A stretch of DNA of 20,000 nt, taken from an uncultured virus (IMG/VR IMGVR_UViG_3300032006_000004). Lineage: Duplodnaviria > Heunggongvirae > Uroviricota > Caudoviricetes. Where the stretch lies: IMG/VR virus record IMGVR_UViG_3300032006_000004; one strand, 5' to 3'. A model generated the notes under the pieces. That model worked only from the letters and a program-made list of their open reading frames with translations. It searched no databases and was not told the origin of the DNA. Shown one piece after another: positions 1-7,371 of the stretch (position 1 is the stretch's first letter; every line of letters begins with the position of its first letter). The position numbers were made by a program, and so were the translations under genes.

Positions 1-217
1 TCAGTATCTGCTCTCTGGTGAAAGCATCATGGATAACGAAAGGATTATCCCGTTTACCAGCAGGCTTCTTTGCGGTAACGGGTTCTTGGGAACGAGCTTT
101 GTTCGCTCGTTCTCTGCGTTCCCTTTCGTAAGTCGATTTAGCTGACTTACAAAGAAGGCATCTGCATCCACGTCCGTAGTTGGTTAAGGATGGGTTGCCG
201 TCGCAGTCATGTTTCAT
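1..217 (-). CDS. Small Cys-rich protein (GCRCxxC motif), 3'-truncated by the window edge; not in the ORF track
   Basis: Hand translation from ATG at 217: MKHDCDGNPSLTNYGRGCRCLLCKSAKSTYERERRER..., open to the window edge; GAGGAG SD at 225-230 (minus); overlaps the stop of 207..455. Confidence 0.75.
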   Translation of the reverse strand, partial: MKHDCDGNPSLTNYGRGCRCLLCKSAKSTYERERRERANKARSQEPVTAKKPAGKRDNPFVIHDAFTREQIL

Positions 218-455
218 CTGCAAACTCCTCTACTAGTTTTCGCATCTGCATAATGTTTCTCAGATCGAAGTGGCCGTTCTCTCGTATCCGACTGATAGGC
301 CACGATTCGGTAACGTGACCTATCTTGATGAAGTCCAAGAAAGCTTCATCTTCCCCACAGGGGGAACAGATGTAAGTCAGGTTATCCGAACGAGATAGCG
401 CATTCATGGCCTGTACCTCAATCAGATCCTCAATTTGGCATCGGGGACATTTCAT
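207..455 (-). CDS. Small putative Zn-finger phage protein
   Basis: CPRC...NALSRSDNLTYICSPCG (two CxxC pairs); ATGA-type overlap with 452..838. Confidence 0.7.
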   Translation of the reverse strand: MKCPRCQIEDLIEVQAMNALSRSDNLTYICSPCGEDEAFLDFIKIGHVTESWPISRIRENGHFDLRNIMQMRKLVEEFADET

Positions 456-838
456 ATTTTTTTCTCCCAGTATTCGACATTTGTGATGTCCTTGAGGTCG
501 TACCGCCCATACTGCGTGTCCTCAGAAAGGTAATGCCAACAGTCACTACACAGGTAGTAGCCCGCTCTGGACCCTATGATGATTTCCCGATCCTGTGCGG
601 GCATCATGGGCCAGACATCTTGCACTAATCCGCCAGCTAAATACTTGTCGTAATCAGCCATCGTGACCAGAACAGAGTCCTCCTTCTCATCACACTTGCC
701 CAATGAGCCGAAAGGAGCCGAGCACTTCGCAGTGATCTTAATCTCTCTGTCACCCATCCATTTCGATGGGCAGTTGAGCAGACCATGACAGTCGCACTTG
801 ACTGGAGGGAACATGGCTTCGCCTTGAATCGTTTCCAC
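452..838 (-). CDS. Hypothetical phage protein, Cys-rich
   Basis: 128 aa ORF coupled to both neighbours; LVQDVWP...DREIIIG...CSDCW resembles a recurrent small phage protein pattern. Confidence 0.65.
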   Translation of the reverse strand: METIQGEAMFPPVKCDCHGLLNCPSKWMGDREIKITAKCSAPFGSLGKCDEKEDSVLVTMADYDKYLAGGLVQDVWPMMPAQDREIIIGSRAGYYLCSDCWHYLSEDTQYGRYDLKDITNVEYWEKKI

Positions 839-1179
839 TACCCTTCACCCCCGTACTCGTAATCTGGGACGTAGGAATCGTTCCGCTCGTAATCATAGAT
901 TTCTTCAGAAACTCCGAAGATGTCAACTCCACCTTCCCGTTGAGCACGCTCCACGGCATTAGCGTAGGCTTTGTCTAGAGATGGGAAGTCATAAGCGCCC
1001 CAACACCAAGATGTGTCGCCTTCATACCAAAAAGCTGTACCCCAATCAGGCTTGCCCCACGGAGTATTCTCCTTAGGGCGGTGAAAGATGATTACATACG
1101 GAGGTCGCAAACCGCCGTCGTGTTTAACGGGAATTACCCCAACAATTTTGTAGCCGTTGATTCTAGGCAGATCAACCAT
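838..1179 (-). CDS. Hypothetical protein
   Basis: 113 aa ORF, GGAGG SD upstream, overlaps with neighbours, Trp/Tyr-rich. Confidence 0.7.
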   Translation of the reverse strand: MVDLPRINGYKIVGVIPVKHDGGLRPPYVIIFHRPKENTPWGKPDWGTAFWYEGDTSWCWGAYDFPSLDKAYANAVERAQREGGVDIFGVSEEIYDYERNDSYVPDYEYGGEG

Positions 1180-1432
1180 TGTCGCCTCCTTCGGGGAATG
1201 GGATCACAACTGCATCCATTTCCTCAGTTGGGCAGTCGCCGCTTACGCTCTGAATGTCTCGCATAGAACCGAGATCTACTAACTGGAGGCGAACCGCACC
1301 AGCGAGGTTCATCTCCAGTTCTTCGGCCTTCTCTAGGTAATGCCCAGCCATATGCCTAAGCATGTGAATGGTGTCATGTACCTCGTCGAACAGTTCCAAT
1401 AGGGTCTGTTCTTGATGATTGTTATCTTCCAT
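1172..1432 (-). CDS. Hypothetical acidic helical protein
   Basis: 86 aa, AGGAGA SD just upstream of the ATG at 1432. Confidence 0.7.
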   Translation of the reverse strand: MEDNNHQEQTLLELFDEVHDTIHMLRHMAGHYLEKAEELEMNLAGAVRLQLVDLGSMRDIQSVSGDCPTEEMDAVVIPFPEGGDNG

Positions 1433-1459
1433 AACTGTTCTCCTAACAGTAAATAAGTG

Positions 1460-1564
1460 GGTGAAGCAGAGAACCTTAACGAGGCCAATGAACGCCCCGC
1501 ACTTGACACCACGTTCCGTTGGTGCAGGTTCTCTTTAACGTGAAAGGTTTCCGTTTGCTTCACC
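1460..1564 (-). other. Intergenic ~105-nt structured element (candidate structured RNA or processing stem)
   Basis: Closing 9-bp perfect inverted repeat GGTGAAGCA (1460-1468)/TGCTTCACC (1556-1564), plus inner complementary blocks. Confidence 0.45.
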
Positions 1565-1565
1565 T

Positions 1566-1597
1566 TGATACATCTGTGTAGCTACACAGATGTATCA
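1566..1597. repeat. Palindrome copy 1 (core TGTGTAGCTACACA at 1575-1588), 32-bp perfect palindrome
   Basis: TGATACATCTGTGTAGCTACACAGATGTATCA is its own reverse complement; overlaps the stop codon of the DUF932-like gene. Confidence 0.95.
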
Positions 1598-2647
1598 GAC
1601 CAATTCCCCTTCGTCGAATTTGTACGCTCCGCGCCAGTCGAAGCGATCCCCTGATAACAGACCCACTGCTTTATCTGTCAGCGGAAGTTTCCCGAATAAG
1701 AGGTTACGATGATGACGTTCTCCTCGGTCTACTCCTCTGACGCGTAGGTCCTTTTGTTCGTAGGCTTGCACTGCCATAAGCGCACCCCAATAAGTGTTCC
1801 TGACCGCTTTCTGGTCAGGGTCAGTGTGGTAGCGCCACGATAGCTTGTCGCGCTGCTCTTCCCATCCCTGCCACTTGCGAGTCACGATAGGCGCACCGTC
1901 TTTGGCGAAGCCCATCTTGACAGGCTCCTTCCCAATGATGGTATGCGTAAGCTGGGCGAACATTTCATCGGTAAAGTCAGTGTCCGCTAGCCGTTCTATG
2001 CGGCGAGCGTATTGTTCGCCGCGCTTGAAGCGCTCTATGACATTGGAAACTGCTTGTCGCATAAGGTCCGCTGGATTGCCCATGTGACGAAAGCTGTACC
2101 ATGACGGCACGTTGAGCACGTTGGTCCGCATGGTGTTAGCACAAACCACAATACCCAAAGAGTTAGTCATAGCTAACGTGACCTCAGCATACCCATTGGT
2201 GAGATTCACAATATTATGAACCTCGGAGTACCCAGGGATAGTTATCTCGTTAGGCAAAGAAATCGAAATGAAAGCTACGCGCCCATCTTCATAGGTGCCG
2301 ATAGATTCAATCTCCTTTACCATGCCTGCCCTATCCAAAGCTGGGAGTATTTCTTCAGCTAAGAATGAATGTTGCACTAGCTGGTACTTGTCTGAATGGT
2401 GACCATGTGCCACAGGCCAATGCTTGAGGATCACAGTCCTAGCATTCTTGAACTCATGTAACTCTGGTTCATACATTGGGTTTTCTGCTTCGTGCATAAA
2501 GAATGGCGCATCCAAATATGCGTCAGCCCAACTTAAAGCACCCGTGGCCTCACCGATAGTGATGGGCCCTACCTTGCCGAAACCATGCCAAGCAGGTTGT
2601 TTGAACATTAAATGTTGAGCATCAAGCTCAGTTATCCTAGATCCCAT
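1595..2647 (-). CDS. DUF932 / TIGR03299-like phage-plasmid protein
   Basis: N-terminal PAWHGFG, central IVVCANT and late RNTYWGALMAV match the family pattern. Start moved to ATG 2647 (MGSRITE) because AAGGAGAAG lies at 2651-2659; the ORF track starts at 2692. Confidence 0.75.
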   Translation of the reverse strand: MGSRITELDAQHLMFKQPAWHGFGKVGPITIGEATGALSWADAYLDAPFFMHEAENPMYEPELHEFKNARTVILKHWPVAHGHHSDKYQLVQHSFLAEEILPALDRAGMVKEIESIGTYEDGRVAFISISLPNEITIPGYSEVHNIVNLTNGYAEVTLAMTNSLGIVVCANTMRTNVLNVPSWYSFRHMGNPADLMRQAVSNVIERFKRGEQYARRIERLADTDFTDEMFAQLTHTIIGKEPVKMGFAKDGAPIVTRKWQGWEEQRDKLSWRYHTDPDQKAVRNTYWGALMAVQAYEQKDLRVRGVDRGERHHRNLLFGKLPLTDKAVGLLSGDRFDWRGAYKFDEGELV

Positions 2648-2942
2648 TATCTTCTCCTTGTTGTTGGGAACCAAATTGTGAATCGGGGCCAATAAGTGGT
2701 CCTACTGTCTCCCGAAATTGAGTGGCTTGTTCCGAAATAGTTGTAAGCAGAACTAGCCACGGCTGTATTTCTTCCAACATGACTGGTGGCATCGTGAGAT
2801 CGTTGATCTCTTCGCACACTGCCATGACAGATTGTTCGAGTCTCTGTGCCTGCCGCCAGTGAGCACCTAACTGGTACAACTGGTCGCTAGACATAAAGAC
2901 ATGACCATCAAAGGGCTTATTGGAATACATCAGGATCTGCAC
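2637..2942 (-). CDS. Hypothetical protein
   Basis: ~100 aa ORF filling the gap between two good genes; the start may be ATG 2930. Confidence 0.6.
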   Translation of the reverse strand: MQILMYSNKPFDGHVFMSSDQLYQLGAHWRQAQRLEQSVMAVCEEINDLTMPPVMLEEIQPWLVLLTTISEQATQFRETVGPLIGPDSQFGSQQQGEDNGI

Positions 2943-3267
2943 CGCTCCAGTTAACTAAAGCATCAACTATGTTGCGGGCTTCAGTTCCACGACCATAAGC
3001 TCCTCTGTATTTCACACCAGACTTTTCAGCCACCCAGTCAAGGAAGTCAAGGTTGTAAACACCTTTGCTCTCCTTCATCGGTTGACCCTCAGCATCGAAG
3101 ATAACCGTTTTGGCGGTACCTGAATTGAAGTCTGATTCGTAAACAAACACTAGGTGGTCAACATCGAACCCTTCGTAAAACTTGGGATCAAGTATCTGAT
3201 GACCATCTGGATAGATGATGCCATTCTCAATGGCATCTTTAACTCTGTTTTTCCATGATTCCTCCAT
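2917..3267 (-). CDS. Hypothetical protein
   Basis: 116 aa; strong AAGGAGG SD at 3274-3280; C-terminal GAYGRGTEARNI. Confidence 0.75.
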   Translation of the reverse strand: MEESWKNRVKDAIENGIIYPDGHQILDPKFYEGFDVDHLVFVYESDFNSGTAKTVIFDAEGQPMKESKGVYNLDFLDWVAEKSGVKYRGAYGRGTEARNIVDALVNWSGADPDVFQ

Positions 3268-3287
3268 TGGAATCCTCCTTAAAAGAT

Positions 3288-3303
3288 CTGTGTAGCTACA
3301 CAG
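3288..3303. repeat. Palindrome copy 2 (core 3289-3302)
   Basis: CTGTGTAGCTACACAG between the stop of 3304..4044 and the SD of 2917..3267. Confidence 0.95.
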
Positions 3304-4044
3304 TTATTTGTAACGATTACTAGCTGCGAAACGGACGTTGTTCACCCCCTTAATGCACAGGCCGCACTCAACACATGCGCCCATACCGTCATTGACCAAA
3401 GGAATCTTTTTGGTTAGCTCAGGACATCTAGGACCTTTCCGACGATGAGGGAACTTGCTAGCAAGCTCCTCAGTCTCGGACCATGTGTCACCACAGAACG
3501 CAAGATTGACCCAGCGATTCTGCTGCTCGCAAGCACGAGCTTCCCAAACATTTCCCCTGTCTACAGAAAGATAGACAGCCAAGTTCGGTGTCTCCGCCAA
3601 AAACGGGACTACAGCGAAGGTTCTCGTGTAGACCCAGAAACTGATGTCCCTGTAATCTTCAGCGACCTTCGCCATAGCCAAAGCAAATTCTTCGGTAGGA
3701 ATGTCGCCATCCCAAAAATGCCGAAAAACCCACTGATCCTTCGGCACCTCATGGCGCTGAAGGAAGAAGTGAGTCTCCGAAACTAACTTGCCTAGCTCCG
3801 AGTAAAGATAATCAAAATCACAAAGATGATCCTTGATGGCTTCCCAATTAGCTTCGAGAAGCTTACGGACGTTAGGGCGATAGCCCTCAATGCGTTCCGC
3901 ATAGCAATGCTGGTCACAGAACTCCGTTCGGCCCACACAATGAGAGGCTGGTAGCCCGAAGGTGTTCTTCACCTCGGGATACCATTTCCCCCCTTTGAGT
4001 GTCGCTAACGGTGTGACCTTCCTATCAGTAGAAAGTCTGAGCAT
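3304..4044 (-). CDS. GP88-family (mycobacteriophage L5 gp88-like) Cys-rich, radical-SAM-like protein
   Basis: TFGLPA-x2-CVGRTEFCDQHCYA, FRHFWDGD, FWVYTR and C-terminal CVECGLC motifs. Confidence 0.75.
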   Translation of the reverse strand: MLRLSTDRKVTPLATLKGGKWYPEVKNTFGLPASHCVGRTEFCDQHCYAERIEGYRPNVRKLLEANWEAIKDHLCDFDYLYSELGKLVSETHFFLQRHEVPKDQWVFRHFWDGDIPTEEFALAMAKVAEDYRDISFWVYTRTFAVVPFLAETPNLAVYLSVDRGNVWEARACEQQNRWVNLAFCGDTWSETEELASKFPHRRKGPRCPELTKKIPLVNDGMGACVECGLCIKGVNNVRFAASNRYK

Positions 4045-4269
4045 CTATTTCCACCAAGGCCAGTTGCCTTCTTCTTTCATGGCTTTGATCTGATTGTCGG
4101 CCCAGTCGTTCTCATCGAAAACGTACTCATCTTCAAGTTCTTCATCCTCCTCGAACTCATCGAAACAAGATGGGCAGTGTGGACCGCTGACTCCATTCGT
4201 TGTGGCATCTTGGAAGTTCACGGTGCCACGATGATCACAGAGCACGCAGACATATGTCTTGAGCTTCAT
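4045..4269 (-). CDS. Small Zn-ribbon protein with acidic tail
   Basis: CVLC...CPSC followed by FDEFEEDEELEDEYVFDE; abuts both neighbours. Confidence 0.7.
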   Translation of the reverse strand: MKLKTYVCVLCDHRGTVNFQDATTNGVSGPHCPSCFDEFEEDEELEDEYVFDENDWADNQIKAMKEEGNWPWWK

Positions 4270-4562
4270 CAGCCTTCGCCCCTAACTAGTTCCCTGATGC
4301 TTTCCCAAGCTTCATCGAAACTGAGATTCTCAAAGATCCTCTCATTCATAGCCAACACTGCCTCGTCATAGGTGTCGTATTGCTTCGACATAGTTGTAGA
4401 CATAGCAGCACCCGCATCAGACACACCACCCATGTCATAGGTGATCTGGAACCAGTAGGTTGAAGAACCAGACATATCCCGAACACCAGCACTAACAATG
4501 ACAGGCATAGCAGGCGCAGTGTCCAGAGTCCTTGCTATCCAGTTGTTCGACTCATCCTCCAT
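4269..4562 (-). CDS. Hypothetical protein
   Basis: 97 aa ORF overlapping both neighbours. Confidence 0.65.
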   Translation of the reverse strand: MEDESNNWIARTLDTAPAMPVIVSAGVRDMSGSSTYWFQITYDMGGVSDAGAAMSTTMSKQYDTYDEAVLAMNERIFENLSFDEAWESIRELVRGEG

Positions 4563-5133
4563 TGGAGATCGCCTCCTCTATGGCTTCATCCAACTGCCTG
4601 TCGAACTTCATGGACTCTGACTGGCCCGATGAAGGCCAGATGTTATCGAGACTGTCCACAGCGGACTGCGCTGCCAGCTTGACATTGAACCGAGTGATCC
4701 GCTCAACAGTCTCATTCAAGTCACCCATTACAGCAGCCTCGCTCTGAGATTCGCTGATCATCTCTGGAACAACTTCCATGATGACCTTCTCCACTGCTTC
4801 AGCAAATGCTTTGCCGACACCACAGCGAGACAGACGAGGAACTCGGATAAAGTCGTACAACATCGACTCTACGGCGCTGGCTAGGTCCTCTTCTCGTATG
4901 AGGCTCTGACCATCGTCTAGGTCGTTGACGCTGATGTACTGCATGTTGCTGCTGATGATCTCATCCCAACGGTTGAAGTCCCAGATAATTTGGTAAACAT
5001 CATCATGGACATCAAGGTTGTTGGAGATGTAATCTTCGACCGACTGATCTACCTTGTGTTCAATCGCATCATACAAACCATCATCGTCAATGGAGACTGT
5101 TGTGTCTCCTAGGTTTATTTCAAATTCAGCCAT
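4552..5133 (-). CDS. Strongly acidic hypothetical protein
   Basis: 193 aa; GAGGAGA SD at 5138-5144; 25 D/E versus 3 K/R in the first ~94 residues. Confidence 0.75.
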   Translation of the reverse strand: MAEFEINLGDTTVSIDDDGLYDAIEHKVDQSVEDYISNNLDVHDDVYQIIWDFNRWDEIISSNMQYISVNDLDDGQSLIREEDLASAVESMLYDFIRVPRLSRCGVGKAFAEAVEKVIMEVVPEMISESQSEAAVMGDLNETVERITRFNVKLAAQSAVDSLDNIWPSSGQSESMKFDRQLDEAIEEAISNGG

Positions 5134-5144
5134 ATCTTCTCCTC

Positions 5145-5168
5145 ACATCTGTGTAGCTACACAGATGT
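5145..5168. repeat. Palindrome copy 3 (core 5150-5163), 24-bp perfect palindrome
   Basis: ACATCTGTGTAGCTACACAGATGT directly abutting the SD of 4552..5133. Confidence 0.95.
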
Positions 5169-5283
5169 ATCTGGGTATGATCACGAACGGAATTGTCCGC
5201 AATTCAATAACCAATTTATCACACTTTAACTATCTACTTCATTAAACGGGGACAGTAATATTCGACTGCAAATTGTTAAGGCG

Positions 5284-5319
5284 CCCCACAGCACGTCCCA
5301 CAGCACGCCCCACGGCACC
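5284..5319. repeat. Three tandem 12-bp repeats (C/T)CCCAC(A/G)GCAC(G/C)
   Basis: ccccacagcacg tcccacagcacg ccccacggcacc; one further copy at 6199-6210. Confidence 0.8.
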
Positions 5320-5413
5320 CACCCACCCACTATCACATCTCCCACCAACAAAAAAAGTTAAGGTGCTCAAAAAAGAATTCCAAAAAGAAAAAACGCGAAT
5401 CTGTGAAAAGAAC

Positions 5414-5427
5414 TGTGTAGCTACACA
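5414..5427. repeat. Palindrome copy 4
   Basis: Exact TGTGTAGCTACACA. Confidence 0.95.
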
Positions 5428-5495
5428 TAACTCTTAAGGTCCCCCCACTATCTTTTCACTATCGAGGCGAACCCTGGGGGCCCCCTCGATACAAC

Positions 5496-5509
5496 TGTGT
5501 AGCTACACA
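5496..5509. repeat. Palindrome copy 5
   Basis: Exact TGTGTAGCTACACA, just downstream (minus sense) of a terminator. Confidence 0.95.
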
Positions 5510-5521
5510 CATCTTCCACAC

Positions 5522-5556
5522 AAAAAAAAAGAACCCCCGCCTTTCGGCGGGGGTTC
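5522..5556 (-). terminator. Rho-independent terminator
   Basis: Minus strand GAACCCCCGCC-GAAA-GGCGGGGGTTC followed by T9, 23 nt after the stop of 5580..5807. Confidence 0.9.
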
Positions 5557-5579
5557 GCTAGCTGCAGAGAGGGTAACAG

Positions 5580-5807
5580 CTAGAATGGTGAGTAGAAGGC
5601 AGTCACCTTCTCCAAGTTCTTTCCATATCGTACTTCAACGCTATCCAAAGAGCCACCCTCTGACCTCTGAACATCTACGATATTCACATAACCACTTTGT
5701 AATCCCATGCAACGGAAGTCTCTACCCTTCTTCCATGCATCCTTAACCTGTGGGAGTGTCGTGTAGACATCCCCATACGCTGGCTTAACTACGATATGCA
5801 CGTTCAT
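5580..5807 (-). CDS. Small phage hypothetical protein (PAYG...GxDF type)
   Basis: VKPAYGDVY...AWKKGRDF...GYVN; AAGGAGG SD upstream; followed by a terminator. Confidence 0.75.
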   Translation of the reverse strand: MNVHIVVKPAYGDVYTTLPQVKDAWKKGRDFRCMGLQSGYVNIVDVQRSEGGSLDSVEVRYGKNLEKVTAFYSPF

Positions 5808-6063
5808 CAGCCTCCTTCATGGCACGCCATGCACAATTCAAACCATCATCAGCATCAGCGCAAGCGCCAACACCATGACAGACCTCACAGAACTCAGCCA
5901 TGCGCCTAGAATGACGCTCAGCATCCAAAGCCAACTGCATCAGCACTGCATCGTCAGCCTTACGCTCCGCCTTGCGACGCTCCCGCTCCGCAAGCCATGC
6001 CCATACGAGAACAGTAAGCATTGCGCTCACCCAACCCCATATGTAACCGTCTAAGAACTCCAT
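5785..6063 (-). CDS. Small membrane-anchored protein with Cys cluster
   Basis: N-terminal hydrophobic helix YIWGWVSAMLTVLVWAWLA, then a charged helix and CEVCHGVGAC. Confidence 0.65.
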   Translation of the reverse strand: MEFLDGYIWGWVSAMLTVLVWAWLAERERRKAERKADDAVLMQLALDAERHSRRMAEFCEVCHGVGACADADDGLNCAWRAMKEADERAYRS

Positions 6064-6080
6064 TGAAGCCCTCTCTTTCC

Positions 6081-6104
6081 AGATCTGTGTAGCTACACAG
6101 ATCT
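6081..6104. repeat. Palindrome copy 6 (core 6086-6099), 24-bp perfect palindrome
   Basis: AGATCTGTGTAGCTACACAGATCT just upstream of the SD of 5785..6063. Confidence 0.95.
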
Positions 6105-6299
6105 CTCAACTGGCAATCAGTTCGATCACCTAAAAACAAGGCTATCACACAAAAACAAAGCTCTTAACTAGAACAGATTAGTAATATTCGGACGAAAGTC
6201 CCACAGCACCCACCTAAACCCACAACAAAACCCAAACATCGGGACCACCCACTATCGTTTCACTATCCCGCCGAGGTCGCCATAAGCGACCGAGGCCAC

Positions 6300-6335
6300 C
6301 TCGTGAGAACTGTGTAGCTACACACATCTCACGAG
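6300..6335. repeat. Palindrome copy 7 (core 6311-6324), imperfect 36-bp palindrome
   Basis: CTCGTGAGA-ac-TGTGTAGCTACACA-ca-TCTCACGAG. Confidence 0.95.
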
Positions 6336-6337
6336 AC

Positions 6338-6372
6338 AAAAAAAAAGATCCCCGACCTTGCGGTCGGGGATC
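6338..6372 (-). terminator. Rho-independent terminator
   Basis: Minus strand GATCCCCGACC-GCAA-GGTCGGGGATC followed by T9, right after the stop of 6384..7133. Confidence 0.9.
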
Positions 6373-6383
6373 CTTTCTAGTGG

Positions 6384-7133
6384 TTAATCCTTTTGCTTGT
6401 TCGGATTCACTCGCTTGGCTTGAATCTCTTTCGAATGATCCTTAGCCATCTCTTTCGCCCAATCAACTAGCCAATCTATTGGCTTGTTACAGTGCCTATC
6501 CTCATTCAGTTTCGATAACCATTCTTGAATCGCTACCGTCTTCTCGTGAAGGATATCGTCAGTGGACTTTTTCTCACTCATAGCCTCAGACATTTTTCCG
6601 AAGATCTTCGAAGCTTCGTAATCCGAGATCGTTCGATCTTTGTTTGAGCCTTTGAGAGTCTCGCCTACCATTTCGAGAATCATTTTTGATTCTGGAGAAT
6701 CAATGTCGTGATTAAAGGTTGCCGCGAATCTTGAAGCCGCGGGGACGCTTAGCACATCTTTGAGCTTACGTCCATTCTTACCCTTGTCAGTTTCGACATT
6801 CACTTGACGATCACCATGCGAATGTGCTAGCCGCTCCGCTTTAAGAATTCTGCTAAGAGCGTCTTTGCTTGTAGCGTTCCAAGCCCTAGCTTCTGGGCTT
6901 TGCGCGCTACCCATTCCATTCTCGAAAGCGGTACGAAATTCGCGGACGGTCTTAGTTGCCGCGGCTTTCTCTTTCCCGCTCTCTTCTAGGTGAAGGTTGA
7001 AGCGGCTCAGCATCTTGGCGCCTATGGCGCTTCGAAGCTTGGCAAGCGAAGTCTCATTAGCGACTTTGCTAGCGCCAAATTTCTTGGCGGCTTCAACTTG
7101 GGTTTTTGTAACTGTCACAGGTTTGGTTGTCAT
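6384..7133 (-). CDS. Lys/Ala-rich helical hypothetical protein, first gene of the left arm (monocistronic)
   Basis: Long ORF with its own terminator; ATG 7133 (MTTKPVTV) preferred over 7148, with GAAAGAG upstream. Confidence 0.75.
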   Translation of the reverse strand: MTTKPVTVTKTQVEAAKKFGASKVANETSLAKLRSAIGAKMLSRFNLHLEESGKEKAAATKTVREFRTAFENGMGSAQSPEARAWNATSKDALSRILKAERLAHSHGDRQVNVETDKGKNGRKLKDVLSVPAASRFAATFNHDIDSPESKMILEMVGETLKGSNKDRTISDYEASKIFGKMSEAMSEKKSTDDILHEKTVAIQEWLSKLNEDRHCNKPIDWLVDWAKEMAKDHSKEIQAKRVNPNKQKD

Positions 7134-7371
7134 TGTTGACTCTTTCAAATTGTTGTTTGTTTACAAGTGCAGATGAAAGACCGTACGAGCTACCAACTCG
7201 CGGACGACGCCGACTCCCGTCGGGATCTGGGTCTAGGTTGTCAAGGTACATAAGCCAGAATCTAATCGGTCGGTAACCAGTCGAACCGAAGCCATCTGCT
7301 ACTAACCAAGTTACTACAGATAAGCGCGCTTCGATAGATCCGCGGACTTCAAATATTCGGACCGAAAGATC

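Noticed and set aside
1333..1563. 76-aa ORF from the track
   Set aside because: Overlaps the better-supported 1172..1432 gene by 100 nt and runs through the structured element; probably spurious though not excluded.
1460..1564. tRNA gene
   Set aside because: No cloverleaf, T-loop GTTCRA or D-loop pattern could be fitted on either strand.
5145..5168. Palindrome as a CRP/GlxR site
   Set aside because: The CRP-family consensus is TGTGA-N6-TCACA (16 bp). Here it is TGTGT-AGCT-ACACA (14 bp) with an invariant centre.
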